DNA of 64,000 bases from an uncultured Anaerolineales bacterium (GCA_964448865.1 CAYUXO010000002.1:11602-75601); one strand, 5' to 3'. Counted from the stretch's first letter, positions 29,932-39,614 are shown. Notes: a model not told the origin generated them from the letters alone. Translations and numbers: made by a program.

Positions 29932-30663
29932 ATGGCTGCGGTTAATGAAACCATGAAAGAAAACACTAGAATTGCTGATTGGCTGACCTCAGTAATCAGC
30001 AATCATTGGATGCTGGTCATCAGCCTGTCATTCGGTTTCTATGCAGGATTGCCTTTTTTGGCGCCAGTCCTCAAACAGCTCGGGTTGGATGGATTAGCGA
30101 ACGGAATTTATTTCCTTTATTCCTTTCTCTGTCATCAATACCCGCAGCGATCTTTCTTTTTATTTGGTCAAAACAGCTCCTATTCTCTGGATAAGATCCA
30201 GCTCTGGCAGGATTCCAGCAACCCGCTGCTGCTGGGAAAATTTATTGGAAATTCCCAACTGGGCTGGAAAGTAGCCTGGTCGGACCGCATGGTTTCCATG
30301 TACGGCAGCATACCGATCATAGGTTGGTTGTGGTACCCCTTTCGCCGTAAAATCAAACCACTATCGATTTGGGGCTTTTTGTTGTTTCTGGCCCCTATGG
30401 GCCTGGATGGAATAACCCATATCATAAGTGACCTTGCCGGCCTCGGGAACGGGTTTCGGTCCACCAATATCTGGCTGCAAACGATCACAGGAAGTGCCTT
30501 TCCCGTAGAATTTTATTCTGGAACGCAGCTGGGCAGTTTTAACTCTTCCATGCGACTGTTAACCGGGTTGCTTTTCGGGATTGGTGTGGTCTGGTTTTTC
30601 TTCCCCCAGCTTGATATTTTATTTAGAAAAACGAAAAAATATCTTGAGATCAAACAGAGCTGA
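29932..30663 (+). CDS. DUF2085-family membrane protein
   Basis: FLCHQYPQRSFFLFG motif; polytopic. Confidence 0.6.
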   Translation: MAAVNETMKENTRIADWLTSVISNHWMLVISLSFGFYAGLPFLAPVLKQLGLDGLANGIYFLYSFLCHQYPQRSFFLFGQNSSYSLDKIQLWQDSSNPLLLGKFIGNSQLGWKVAWSDRMVSMYGSIPIIGWLWYPFRRKIKPLSIWGFLLFLAPMGLDGITHIISDLAGLGNGFRSTNIWLQTITGSAFPVEFYSGTQLGSFNSSMRLLTGLLFGIGVVWFFFPQLDILFRKTKKYLEIKQS

Positions 30664-30695
30664 AGTTTGCCTGGGGGTGCGGAGAATTAGTCTGC

Positions 30696-31811
30696 TCAGC
30701 TTTCGATGACCTCGATCAAAGTTCCTCCCGGCATTGAGACCGTCATATCACCTGGGTCATAGGATATGGATGGCAGCGTCCAGCGGAAGATCCATTTTGC
30801 ATCGTCTGGCCGGGAGTTGACGCAGCCTCTTGAGGTAGGCACCCCGTAGTTGTTGTGCCAGTAGGTGGAGTGGATTGCAACGCCGCTTCCTACAAAGAGA
30901 GAAATCCAGCCCACAGCAGGCAGATCCCAGCCTGCTGCGGCGGATCCGCCGCTGAGCGGAAGGGAAACGGCTTTGCGCCAGATGCGGTGTGCCCCCAGCG
31001 GCGTTCCCCAGGCATCGACCCTGGCCCCGGCGTAGTTATAAAGGGCGCCTGTTGAAACCCTGGCGAAGTAAACTTCCCTGTCATTCTCGAAACAGGACAA
31101 AGTCTGGGTGTTAACATCAACCAGGATTCGCTTGTTCTCTATTTCAGGGTTGATGGGAGTCAGCTCTTGCCGGGTGAGCGGTCGCAGCCCCTCTGCTTTG
31201 GCCCAGAAGAGATCACCATACCCGTATCGTTCATTCAACCTGTACCAGGTTTGCCCTTCGGAATCTTTCTTGATAGCATCAACCCAGGCGATCTGGCTGT
31301 AGTACCAGCGAGGACCCATCCCGATATTGATCCTATTGATCAGCCAGGGAGCGCGAGCCGGAGGATTATCCTGGATGAGTTCAACATAGGGCAGGCTGAC
31401 TTCAACCCACATACCAGGCCCCAGGTTCGTATCCGGGAGCTCATCGATGGGCAGGTTTGGCTGATTTTTCACCGGTTGAACTTCTGGTGCCCAGACAAAG
31501 CCATCAGGTGTTTCTATCCAGCGCTGATTAATCCGGAATGGGTTTGACCCCACTGTTTCATTGATCCAAGGAATGACGGCATCCTGGTACAGAACCCCGA
31601 CTGTGTTGCTGTCAATATCCGGACGGATTTTCAAATCAACTTTACCAACAGTGATGCGGCCAAGGCGTTCTGCCGCGGGAAACTCTCCCAGGCTGAACAG
31701 GCGTCTCCATGGTTGTAAACCTAACATCCCTATCCCTGTAGAGGAAAGCTTTAAAAAGTCACGCCGTGATAGACTGCGCTTGTTTTGATTACTCGGACTG
31801 TTTTCTGCCAT
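30696..31811 (-). CDS. Tat-exported L,D-transpeptidase (YkuD domain)
   Basis: SRRDFLKLSSTGIGMLGL twin-arginine signal and C-terminal HSTYWHNNYGVPTSRGCVN (H...SxGC). ATG 31811 was chosen. Confidence 0.75.
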   Translation of the reverse strand: MAENSPSNQNKRSLSRRDFLKLSSTGIGMLGLQPWRRLFSLGEFPAAERLGRITVGKVDLKIRPDIDSNTVGVLYQDAVIPWINETVGSNPFRINQRWIETPDGFVWAPEVQPVKNQPNLPIDELPDTNLGPGMWVEVSLPYVELIQDNPPARAPWLINRINIGMGPRWYYSQIAWVDAIKKDSEGQTWYRLNERYGYGDLFWAKAEGLRPLTRQELTPINPEIENKRILVDVNTQTLSCFENDREVYFARVSTGALYNYAGARVDAWGTPLGAHRIWRKAVSLPLSGGSAAAGWDLPAVGWISLFVGSGVAIHSTYWHNNYGVPTSRGCVNSRPDDAKWIFRWTLPSISYDPGDMTVSMPGGTLIEVIES

Positions 31812-32228
31812 TTTTCTCAACCGTTTTTTCGAGAAGCTTATTTCTTTATGAGTATGATAATGCCCTGGAAAAGCATATGGATTGTTCAATTGATAAGAAC
31901 CCTATTTCAAATATCAATCCTTCCTTAGAAATGCAAAAGAAAAAATATTTACTTGCCTGCTGTCTTTCCCAAGCGTAGATTCGTTTAAGAGCATAGATAG
32001 CAATTATAGAGGTTGTTATTCTGGATACGCTTTCCAGAAGTGGCGGTCCATCGACACTGGCAGGGAAAGACAGCATACCTGCCACGTTGATTCCATCCCT
32101 GGAGTGTGACCCAGAGGGTTCTTTTTAAAGCTGACATCCAATACTTCTTCCTGGCAAAAGTAATATTGTCATACGTTATAATAACGGATTTAACTTCGGG
32201 CAATATGGGCCATGTAGCTCTAATACCG

Positions 32229-32246
32229 ATAAGCAATTTTGCTTAT
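32229..32246. promoter_or_regulatory. Island palindrome site 2: ATAAGCAA-TT-TTGCTTAT
   Basis: Perfect 8-2-8 palindrome in the 650-nt gap upstream of the L,D-transpeptidase gene. Confidence 0.45.
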
Positions 32247-32460
32247 GACATACATCCAGTAGAGTCCGGAATTTCTCTCATTTGGTTGATATTGCGAGTG
32301 GGGTTAACCAGTAATATTCTCGGGTATTTATTCTTTGATTTTGCAACAATACAATAAAGCCCGTAATCACATAATTCGCCCCGGGCTTTATTGGAAAAAG
32401 CGGATAGACTGATGATGTTCCTCTATCGTCAGCAATGCTCCAGGGGCATTCTGCTCTCTA

Positions 32461-32733
32461 TTACTTCGAGCTGCTCCGTCCCAGAATGAAATTATAGACT
32501 GGCACAACTATCACTGCAAAGTAAACACCGGACAGGAAGCTTTCCACCAGACCCAGGAAAAAATTACCCCAGGTGATAAATGTGAAACCAGGCAAGATTT
32601 TTTCCCAGAAATTTTGCATCACCCACCAGTTGGGAAATAAGATCCCGAACACCATATCAAGGGTAAAAGTAAGGGCAACAAGGATACCGCTCGCCCAGAA
32701 GGCCGGCCAGAAACTCAATTTTGCATTCATCAA
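32461..32733 (-). CDS. Small hydrophobic protein (3 predicted helices)
   Basis: ORF with a clear TM pattern and Trp/Phe-rich helices. No motif recognised. Confidence 0.4.
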   Translation of the reverse strand: MMNAKLSFWPAFWASGILVALTFTLDMVFGILFPNWWVMQNFWEKILPGFTFITWGNFFLGLVESFLSGVYFAVIVVPVYNFILGRSSSK

Positions 32734-32932
32734 AAACTCCTTTTGGTTGATACTTTCCTATCATATGACAGAGATATTGCATTGAGTAAAAAAATCAGGG
32801 TGTTCCCTTGTTGATTTAGAGCATAGAAACACATTTCCGTAACCACTAGTATTGCCATACCACTTCAAAACCCGAAATATCGCCCGCAAGTCAGAGGTGT
32901 TGATGGTCATGGATAACCTATTGACCAGCTGC

Positions 32933-33979
32933 TTACCTGATTAAAAAATCGCTCTTCATTCCCAAAGCCTCATCTGTCATAAGAATAGATTCAGCACCGT
33001 TTTGCACAGTACCGGCCAGGGCGCGGATCGCGTCCACGTTTTCAGGGACAACGATGGCTTCGTTATACACCTGGTAGGTATAGTATAGTTCGTTGCCGTT
33101 GACAGTGAGCACATCTTCCCACAAGGCTACTTCCCACATATCGCCGCGCGGGCGCCCCAGATCCTTCATCATCTCGATGGTGCTATTCAAGGCTACCACG
33201 CCGTCCTTCATGCGAATGAAGGCGATACGCGGCGCACTGCGAAAAGCGTCTAATACTTCTTCCCGACTGGCCTGACGAGTCATTTCCACTATCCAGTAAT
33301 GATTGTGGGTTTGCGTATGGGAAGCTTTGACGGCAATCGTTACCACGTCCAGATCAGGGACAACTGTTTGGGCATCTGGACCCTGATGGCTGGGGATGTG
33401 GGGCTCAGGCACAACGGTGTTCATAATGCCGCTGTGGTCTGATTCCCAAGGATCAGTGGCGCGACGTATCAACACGCCGCGGGCTTTTTTCAATAATCCA
33501 GCCTGACGAAGTGCCAGCAAAGTGCGAACAGTGCTTGTTGTGTTGCAGGAAACGATTCGGGTGGTGTCGCGCCCCAAAGTTGATTCGTAATTTGCCTGCG
33601 CGACAAAAGAGTGGCCGGTCAAGTCGTGACTTTCCCCTCCCTGGTAAACAGCCTTTACCTTGGCAGATCGGTAGTGTTCCAGGTTTTTGGCACCGATCCC
33701 TTTTGGCGTGCAGTCTACAATTACATCGATTTGTTTCAATAGGTCGTCCAGTGTTCCAACCACAGAAATGCCAGCCTCGGTCATTTGGGGGACTTTTTCA
33801 GGCAGGGCTGCAAAAATCGGCAGCCCCAACACGTTACCCGTCAGAACTCGGTAATCACTTACCACGTCGGCAACACCAACCAGTTCCATGTCAGGCTGCA
33901 AACGCACGGCATCGGCTACCCGTTTTCCGATGACGCCATAGCCGTTCACTGCTACCCGGATTTTGCTATTATTACTCAT
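32933..33979 (-). CDS. gap: Type II (archaeal-type) phosphorylating glyceraldehyde-3-phosphate dehydrogenase
   Basis: IRVAVNGYGVIGKRVADAV, VDCTPKGIGAKN, VSCNTT, PSHQGPD and LGRPRGDMWEVALWED...NELYY...VVPENVDAIRA match the archaeal GAPDH pattern along the whole length. Confidence 0.8.
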   Translation of the reverse strand: MSNNSKIRVAVNGYGVIGKRVADAVRLQPDMELVGVADVVSDYRVLTGNVLGLPIFAALPEKVPQMTEAGISVVGTLDDLLKQIDVIVDCTPKGIGAKNLEHYRSAKVKAVYQGGESHDLTGHSFVAQANYESTLGRDTTRIVSCNTTSTVRTLLALRQAGLLKKARGVLIRRATDPWESDHSGIMNTVVPEPHIPSHQGPDAQTVVPDLDVVTIAVKASHTQTHNHYWIVEMTRQASREEVLDAFRSAPRIAFIRMKDGVVALNSTIEMMKDLGRPRGDMWEVALWEDVLTVNGNELYYTYQVYNEAIVVPENVDAIRALAGTVQNGAESILMTDEALGMKSDFLIR

Positions 33980-34004
33980 AAAATCTCCTTTATTATAAAA
34001 ATTT

Positions 34005-35396
34005 CTAATTGAGAGTCCATTGGTCGCCTATGACGGGGATGGTAGTTTTCCATCCTAATTTTTCTCCAATGGCGGACTGGAGAGCTTGAGCAGACTTTAC
34101 TTCACCGTGCACCAGGAATGTCCGGGCCGGGGAGTTTTGGAACGTACTCAACCAGCGCAATATTCCATTCTCGTCGGCATGACCACTAAGGGCATCCACG
34201 CGGGAGATTTGCGCTCTGACGGGGATGTATTCTCCGTGGATTTTTATCTTTTCAACCCCTTCGAGTAGTCGCTTCCCACGGCTGCCTTCTGCCTGGTAGC
34301 CGACGAAGAGTACAGCGTTTCGCTTATCAGGCAGCCGCCATTTGAGGTGATGTAAAATGCGACCACCGGTACACATACCGCTGGCTGAGATGACCACAGC
34401 TGGGCCGGACATCCGATTTAGACGTTTTGATTCCTCAACACTTGTCACAAAATTGGTTTCTTCGCAACGCAGAGGGCATTGTTGTTCATCCATGAGTAAA
34501 TTAATATCCAGGTTGTGGTCATCACCAAAACGACAATAGATGTGACTGACTTTAACAGCCATTGGGCTGTCGATATAGACCGGGATCTTAGGAATGCGCT
34601 TGCTGTTTTCTAATTGGCGGAGATGATAAAGGACTTGTTGTGTTCGTCCAACCGCAAAGGCAGGGATGAGCATCACGCCTTTTCGAGCTGCGACCCTCTG
34701 GATGAGTTGTTCCAGTGCGGCCTGGATTGGAGTTTCGTCGTGCAGGCGACCTCCATAGGTTGATTCTACCACCAGGTAATCAGTATTCTTCCCGGGATGA
34801 GGATCGGCCATTACTTCCTGTCCATACCGTCCCAAATCACCAGAAAAAACAATTGTGCGATCTCCAGATGACCCTGGAATTTGTACCTGCAACCAGGAAG
34901 AACCTAGAATATGACCGGCTGACCACCATGTGAGCGTGAGATCATCCAGATGAAGAGGATTGCCGATAGAAACTGCTCGGAGCAGAGCCAGCGTTTGCTC
35001 TGCATCACGCGCTGTATACAGTGGAAGTGCGGGATTGTGACGGCTGTAGCCTTTTTTATTAGCATAGAATGCATCCTGCTCGTGCAAGTGAGCGGAATCT
35101 GGGAGCAGGATTTTGAGCAGGGAACAAGTTGCCTCGGAAGCGAAGACAGGTCCGTGATAACCATCCCGAACAAGGCGCGGTAAGTAACCGGTGTGATCAA
35201 TATGGGCGTGTGTGATGAAGATGGCTTCGATCTGGTCAGGCGAGATAGGGAACGGGTCCCAGTTCTTCTTTTTGAGCTTCCGCCCTCCCTGGAACAACCC
35301 GCAGTCCACCAGATAATACTTACCATTAATTTGAAGGAGGTGACGTGATCCGGTTACGGTTCCCGCAGCTCCGAGGAAAGACAATTGGGGTTTCAT
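34005..35396 (-). CDS. MBL-fold beta-CASP family hydrolase (putative RNA-metabolising nuclease)
   Basis: HAHIDHTGYLP (HxHxDH), a beta-CASP-sized insert and C-terminal SGHAD. Confidence 0.7.
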   Translation of the reverse strand: MKPQLSFLGAAGTVTGSRHLLQINGKYYLVDCGLFQGGRKLKKKNWDPFPISPDQIEAIFITHAHIDHTGYLPRLVRDGYHGPVFASEATCSLLKILLPDSAHLHEQDAFYANKKGYSRHNPALPLYTARDAEQTLALLRAVSIGNPLHLDDLTLTWWSAGHILGSSWLQVQIPGSSGDRTIVFSGDLGRYGQEVMADPHPGKNTDYLVVESTYGGRLHDETPIQAALEQLIQRVAARKGVMLIPAFAVGRTQQVLYHLRQLENSKRIPKIPVYIDSPMAVKVSHIYCRFGDDHNLDINLLMDEQQCPLRCEETNFVTSVEESKRLNRMSGPAVVISASGMCTGGRILHHLKWRLPDKRNAVLFVGYQAEGSRGKRLLEGVEKIKIHGEYIPVRAQISRVDALSGHADENGILRWLSTFQNSPARTFLVHGEVKSAQALQSAIGEKLGWKTTIPVIGDQWTLN

Positions 35397-35503
35397 GTTT
35401 TCTGCCTTTGTTTAATTGATGCCGTCAAACAATCCAAATGGACTACAGGCACATATAAGAGTTCAATCTCAGGTCGCAGGTTCCCGGCCTAGAGGCATTC
35501 AGC

Positions 35504-35707
35504 CTATTGTCGGCGGTGGGGTAAACGTTTCTTATTTTTCACTCTTCTACCCAGCTCGGGCAAGGCATAATTTTTTGGCATGCTTTCAAACTCGGCTTGA
35601 CATCGGGCACAACACAGGGAATAAGCTACACCTTCATAATTTACAATAGAATAAGGCTTACCACGATTCATTCGTTTTCCGCAAACAGGGTCTTTTAACA
35701 TGATCAT
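35504..35707 (-). CDS. YHS/TRASH-domain small protein
   Basis: DPVCGKRM...YSLCCARCQAEFESMPKNY. Confidence 0.65.
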   Translation of the reverse strand: MIMLKDPVCGKRMNRGKPYSIVNYEGVAYSLCCARCQAEFESMPKNYALPELGRRVKNKKRLPHRRQ

Positions 35708-35917
35708 TTCTCCTTTTTGTTTCTTGGAAATAACGGCGCATCTTCATTTACCCAGATCTCCAGGTCTTCTACCAGGTCAAATAGCAAACCAAGCTTTAGG
35801 TGAACAGGATATAGATTACCATTAGATTTTTCTGATGATTTAAATATAATTGATTAATTAAATAAGAGAAAGCGCACTTTGGCTTAGGGCTAAGTAGGTG
35901 CAATTACGGGTTGGGGG

Positions 35918-35935
35918 ATAGGCTAGAAAGCCTGT
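35918..35935. promoter_or_regulatory. Island palindrome site 3: ATAGGCTA-GA-AAGCCTGT
   Basis: One mismatch to ATARGC-N6-GCYTAT. Lies 211 nt upstream of the YHS / beta-CASP / gap operon and is nested in a larger inverted repeat, ggttggggga...tctcccaacc. Confidence 0.4.
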
Positions 35936-36880
35936 TTACAGGTGCAGTATTCTCCCAACCATAAATTCACCACAAAAAAGTTGCGCGAAACAGAAAATAC
36001 AAGGAAGGTCACTAAGTTTCTTTCCCGTCGAGCGAACTTATGGTAGGTAATCAAGGAAACGCCCTCAGCAAGGCAAACATCAATAATGGATAGTAAGTAA
36101 ATGAAGTGCTGTTCACTGATACGGATTGTGTGAAATCAAAAACGTGCCATCTAGATACTCACCTTCCAGGCTAGGTGATAGGCACCCGGTTACACTTGAG
36201 AGTGCATCCCTTGTAGCATTCTGAAGCAGTATTTGATCGGGAAGAAATTCAGATTGCGATCTGCAATTGAACCCCTGATCGCAAACCCGGTTGCGTTATA
36301 AACATAATCTCCATGGTTCTCCTCTGTGCTTTGGGAAAAGAACAATCTCAATTTGGTCGATAACTGTTGGTAATCCAACAGGAGATGAGCTGTCATTAAA
36401 TTCATCCCCACAAACAATTGAAGGATTTCTCCTGGACAGCAGACTAAGTAGCTCACAGATTATTCTCAACAACCTTTACCCTTGGATTTTCTCCTCTTCG
36501 TGCATTTTGTTCCAGGCAGCTTTCCCGCTGGCTAACTCATCCTGTTAATGTGTGACTTTATTCTCTCCCCAATTGGGCAATAACGTACAATCCAGCTAGC
36601 ATTTCGACTGGCTGGTGATGAGATTGAGTTGGGCCAATAAGTCCATGCTATATTTGCAGTTTTTTATCGGAATGCCCGATAGAATAGACCTCTCCCAGGT
36701 TGAATCACCTCTTGAATTAGATAATAAGGAACCGCGGTTTTTCCCTCCTGCGCCAGCGCAGCTTCCCGGGTTCATCAGGGCAGCGACCATAACCAAAAAA
36801 TAACCTGTGGCATATACGCGCACTATCGATAACAAACCCAAGATTGGCTTCATGTTCTTCGTTGATTACTACCGGATAAC

Positions 36881-37384
36881 TTACGGGATCCAGTTGGATA
36901 ACACGGTCACAGTTTTGTCCGGTTGGTCCGGATCATTACTCTTGATATGAACCTGGAAATCATGCGGACCGTCCATGCCTGCATGCATCGTGAACGTGCT
37001 GGATTTCAGGGTTACACTCTGACCTGGTTTTAGTACCATCGAACCGATGGTTAAGGAGGGTGGTCAACAACCTTCTTTTACTTCAATATAAGGAGTTTCG
37101 CTGATAATCAATTTCTCGTCCCCAACGTTGGTCAATCTTATCGCAAAGGACTTATTTGTATTAAACTTGACATCACCATAATCGATCAGCTCCTGATCTA
37201 CTTTCAAACTGGGCTGACCGCTAACTTCAATTAAGGACATATCGGCTTTTCTTTCCAAAGCGGATTTGCCAATCAAGATCCCTGCAGAGACCAGAAGTAA
37301 GCTGACAATAATTATCGTGACTAAAGTGTTACGCTGCTGTTTTTTCCGACGTCGTTCTTTGATCCTTTCTCTTGTATTTGCCAT
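36881..37384 (-). CDS. Membrane-anchored DUF1573-like protein interrupted by an in-frame TGA (candidate Sec codon or fresh nonsense mutation)
   Basis: The annotated ORF ends ...YIEVKEGC-TGA (37066-37064). The same frame continues for 60 more sense codons (PPSLTIGSMVLKPGQSVTLKSS...KTVTVLSNWIP) to TAA at 36881, completing the DUF1573-type pattern (N.G...L.I...C.C...PG....V...SN). Confidence 0.55.
37035..37051 (-). other. Hairpin 12 nt downstream of the in-frame UGA (SECIS-like position)
   Basis: Minus strand ACCAUCG-GUU-CGAUGGU (7-bp stem, or 6 bp with a GGUUC loop). The loop starts about 18 nt after the UGA. Confidence 0.3.
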
Positions 37385-37465
37385 ATATCATCTCCGTTTT
37401 TATTAGCCATAAGACACATTTCGTGCCAACACAGTATAGCCTTGTGAAAAGAAGGCGCTCAGAGC

Positions 37466-37519
37466 TATTTAGCGTAATCCTCTATAGGCAATTTCGCCTA
37501 TAGAGGATTACGCTAAATA
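37466..37519. repeat. 54-nt perfect hairpin (24-bp arms, 6-nt loop)
   Basis: tatttagcgtaatcctctataggc-aatttc-gcctatagaggattacgctaaata. Lies between the ABC ATPase gene and the DUF1573-like gene. No flanking U-run. Confidence 0.8.
37484..37501. promoter_or_regulatory. Island palindrome site 4: ATAGGCAA-TT-TCGCCTAT
   Basis: Forms the core of the 54-nt hairpin, 100 nt upstream of the DUF1573-like gene. Confidence 0.45.
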
Positions 37520-37756
37520 ATTTCACCCGTTTGGTGCACTGTGATTAAACCTGGGCGCAGGGCGATAAGTCCTGAAGCTCATTGTCAAACGCGAATTCCA
37601 GGATGGGTTAATTGGGCAAGTGTGGTGTTTTAGTTTTCTGCGTCATTCATCCGGAAAATGTTCCCTCGATGCCGACAGCGCTATTAAGGCACCAACCCAC
37701 TAATAAAGATGGGAGAATATATCATCGAAGTTTAATCTAGAAGTTTTCTTTTAACT

Positions 37757-38470
37757 CTATTGAACAAAATTATTGTAAACCTTCTCATCTGGCTCATTTG
37801 TCAACTGACCGTCTTCAAGCCACAATACTCGATCTGCGATGGCTTTTAGGCGATGGTCATGGGTAACTATGACAATGGCACGGCCCTGATCCCGACCCAA
37901 ACCACAGCAGAGCAACTCCATGACTTCTTGTCCGGTTACGCTATCAAGGTTTCCGGTGGGCTCATCTGCCAGGATAAGAGGAGGATCATTGGCTAATGCT
38001 CGGGCGATGGCCACGCGTTGTTTCTCACCACCTGATAAATCTGCCGGGTTATGATCAAGGCGGTGACCCAATCCCAACATCTCGAGCAATTCAACCGCTC
38101 GTTTATTGGCGGTTTTTCCACGAACTCCGGCCATATTCAGCACCAATTCGATATTTTCTCTTGCGCTGAGGGCACTTAAGAGATTGTAGGACTGAAACAC
38201 AAATCCTAATTTTCCCAAACGCAATGAGGCTAACTGGCGCTGGTTCAGGTCATTGATGATCTGGTTGCCAACACGGATCTCGCCTTCGGTTGGCTTGAGA
38301 AGTAAACCTGCCATACTTAACATAGTAGTTTTACCGCTGCCAGACGGTCCCATGATCAAGACTATCTCACCTGCTTTAACTATAAAATCGATGTTTTTTG
38401 CAGCAATTACCGCGGTATGACCACTCCCGTAAATTTTGCTGACATTGTTGAGCTCGAGCACGTTTTCCAT
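37757..38470 (-). CDS. ABC transporter ATP-binding protein (MacB/LolD type)
   Basis: Walker [36 protein letters not shown]. Confidence 0.85.
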   Translation of the reverse strand: MENVLELNNVSKIYGSGHTAVIAAKNIDFIVKAGEIVLIMGPSGSGKTTMLSMAGLLLKPTEGEIRVGNQIINDLNQRQLASLRLGKLGFVFQSYNLLSALSARENIELVLNMAGVRGKTANKRAVELLEMLGLGHRLDHNPADLSGGEKQRVAIARALANDPPLILADEPTGNLDSVTGQEVMELLCCGLGRDQGRAIVIVTHDHRLKAIADRVLWLEDGQLTNEPDEKVYNNFVQ

Positions 38471-38501
38471 TTTCTAATTTCCTTTAATTGAGTGATTCAC
38501 C

Positions 38502-39614
38502 CTAGTTTTTAAAAACGACCATCGGGTCCAGACGAGCAACTCTGCCCAGAGGTAATAAGGCTGCTAAGGCCGTAATTCCTATTAAAATAGGGATTTGTTG
38601 AAATATGTCTTCTGACCGGATCAATATTAACATCTCTGGCATCAGCCTGCTGACTAGATTGGCTACGATGTAAGTTAAACCCACGCCGGTGATAAAACCC
38701 AGGCCTGAACTGATGTAAGCCTGTACGAAAACCACCTCCATTAGGTTGGTAAAATTTGCACCTATTGCCTTCAGCATTCCATATTCTCTGGCCCGTTCAA
38801 GGGTAGCTGTATAAATTGTCAGCCCGATTACCAGGAGCCCGACCACATATGAAACCGTGTTCATCGCTTTGATGATATCGGCTCCCATCTGGCGGATCAT
38901 TTCCTGATCGCTGGCTGCGAAATCGGCCTGTGTCATCACATTAATTTCTGGAATGGCATCAAAAAGTCTGTCGGATAGGATGTCAAGGTTCAGGCCTGGT
39001 TCAGGCTGAATGAGGATGTAACTGGCAGCCTGGGGCGAGATTCCCATCATGCCAGCTAGCAGCTCTTTGTTGATAAAACTGATGCTGGTGGCAATACCGA
39101 AAGTGCCTTTGCTGAGTCCAGCAATCTTCAAGTCTGTACCGAGAACATTGACCTTATCGCCCAGACTCAGATCATAACGGGCAGCCAAATCTTGATCGAT
39201 GATGACCTCATCCCATTCCAGATTGGTGGCCCCTTCAGCCATTTCCCAGGGCCCACCAAAGGGAACATCATCCTCAACTGCGAAGATATAACTATAAATT
39301 AACGTGTCACCAACATCCACACCTGCGTTGGCGTATAATAAACCGACGGCTTCCTGCACCCCAGGTACAGCTTTGACTTTTTCCAGCGCATCGGCTGAAA
39401 GAGTAGAAGATGACATATGCATATTGGCTACGCCAGACTGCATCATCCAAAGGGAAGCGGGTTGGTTTTTGATATAAGCTACCGCATGTTCTTCCGAGCC
39501 TGCAAAGACCCCGGACATGACCAATATCAACAAGACAGCAAGGGAAACCCCACTCACACTGATGGCGAGCCGAGTGCGCTCAAATATAAGATTACGCCAA
39601 CCGAGCTTTATCAA
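38502..39614 (-). CDS. ABC transporter permease, FtsX/MacB-type (4 TM with large extracytoplasmic domain)
   Basis: TM1, a ~200-aa loop and a C-terminal FtsX triple-TM pattern (REYGMLKAIGA). Confidence 0.8.
   Translation of the reverse strand: MIKLGWRNLIFERTRLAISVSGVSLAVLLILVMSGVFAGSEEHAVAYIKNQPASLWMMQSGVANMHMSSSTLSADALEKVKAVPGVQEAVGLLYANAGVDVGDTLIYSYIFAVEDDVPFGGPWEMAEGATNLEWDEVIIDQDLAARYDLSLGDKVNVLGTDLKIAGLSKGTFGIATSISFINKELLAGMMGISPQAASYILIQPEPGLNLDILSDRLFDAIPEINVMTQADFAASDQEMIRQMGADIIKAMNTVSYVVGLLVIGLTIYTATLERAREYGMLKAIGANFTNLMEVVFVQAYISSGLGFITGVGLTYIVANLVSRLMPEMLILIRSEDIFQQIPILIGITALAALLPLGRVARLDPMVVFKN

Noticed and set aside
37466-37519. The 54-nt perfect hairpin as a rho-independent terminator of the ABC operon.
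   Set aside because: No U-run follows on either strand, and the core coincides with the recurring palindrome. It is reported instead as a repeat or operator-like element.
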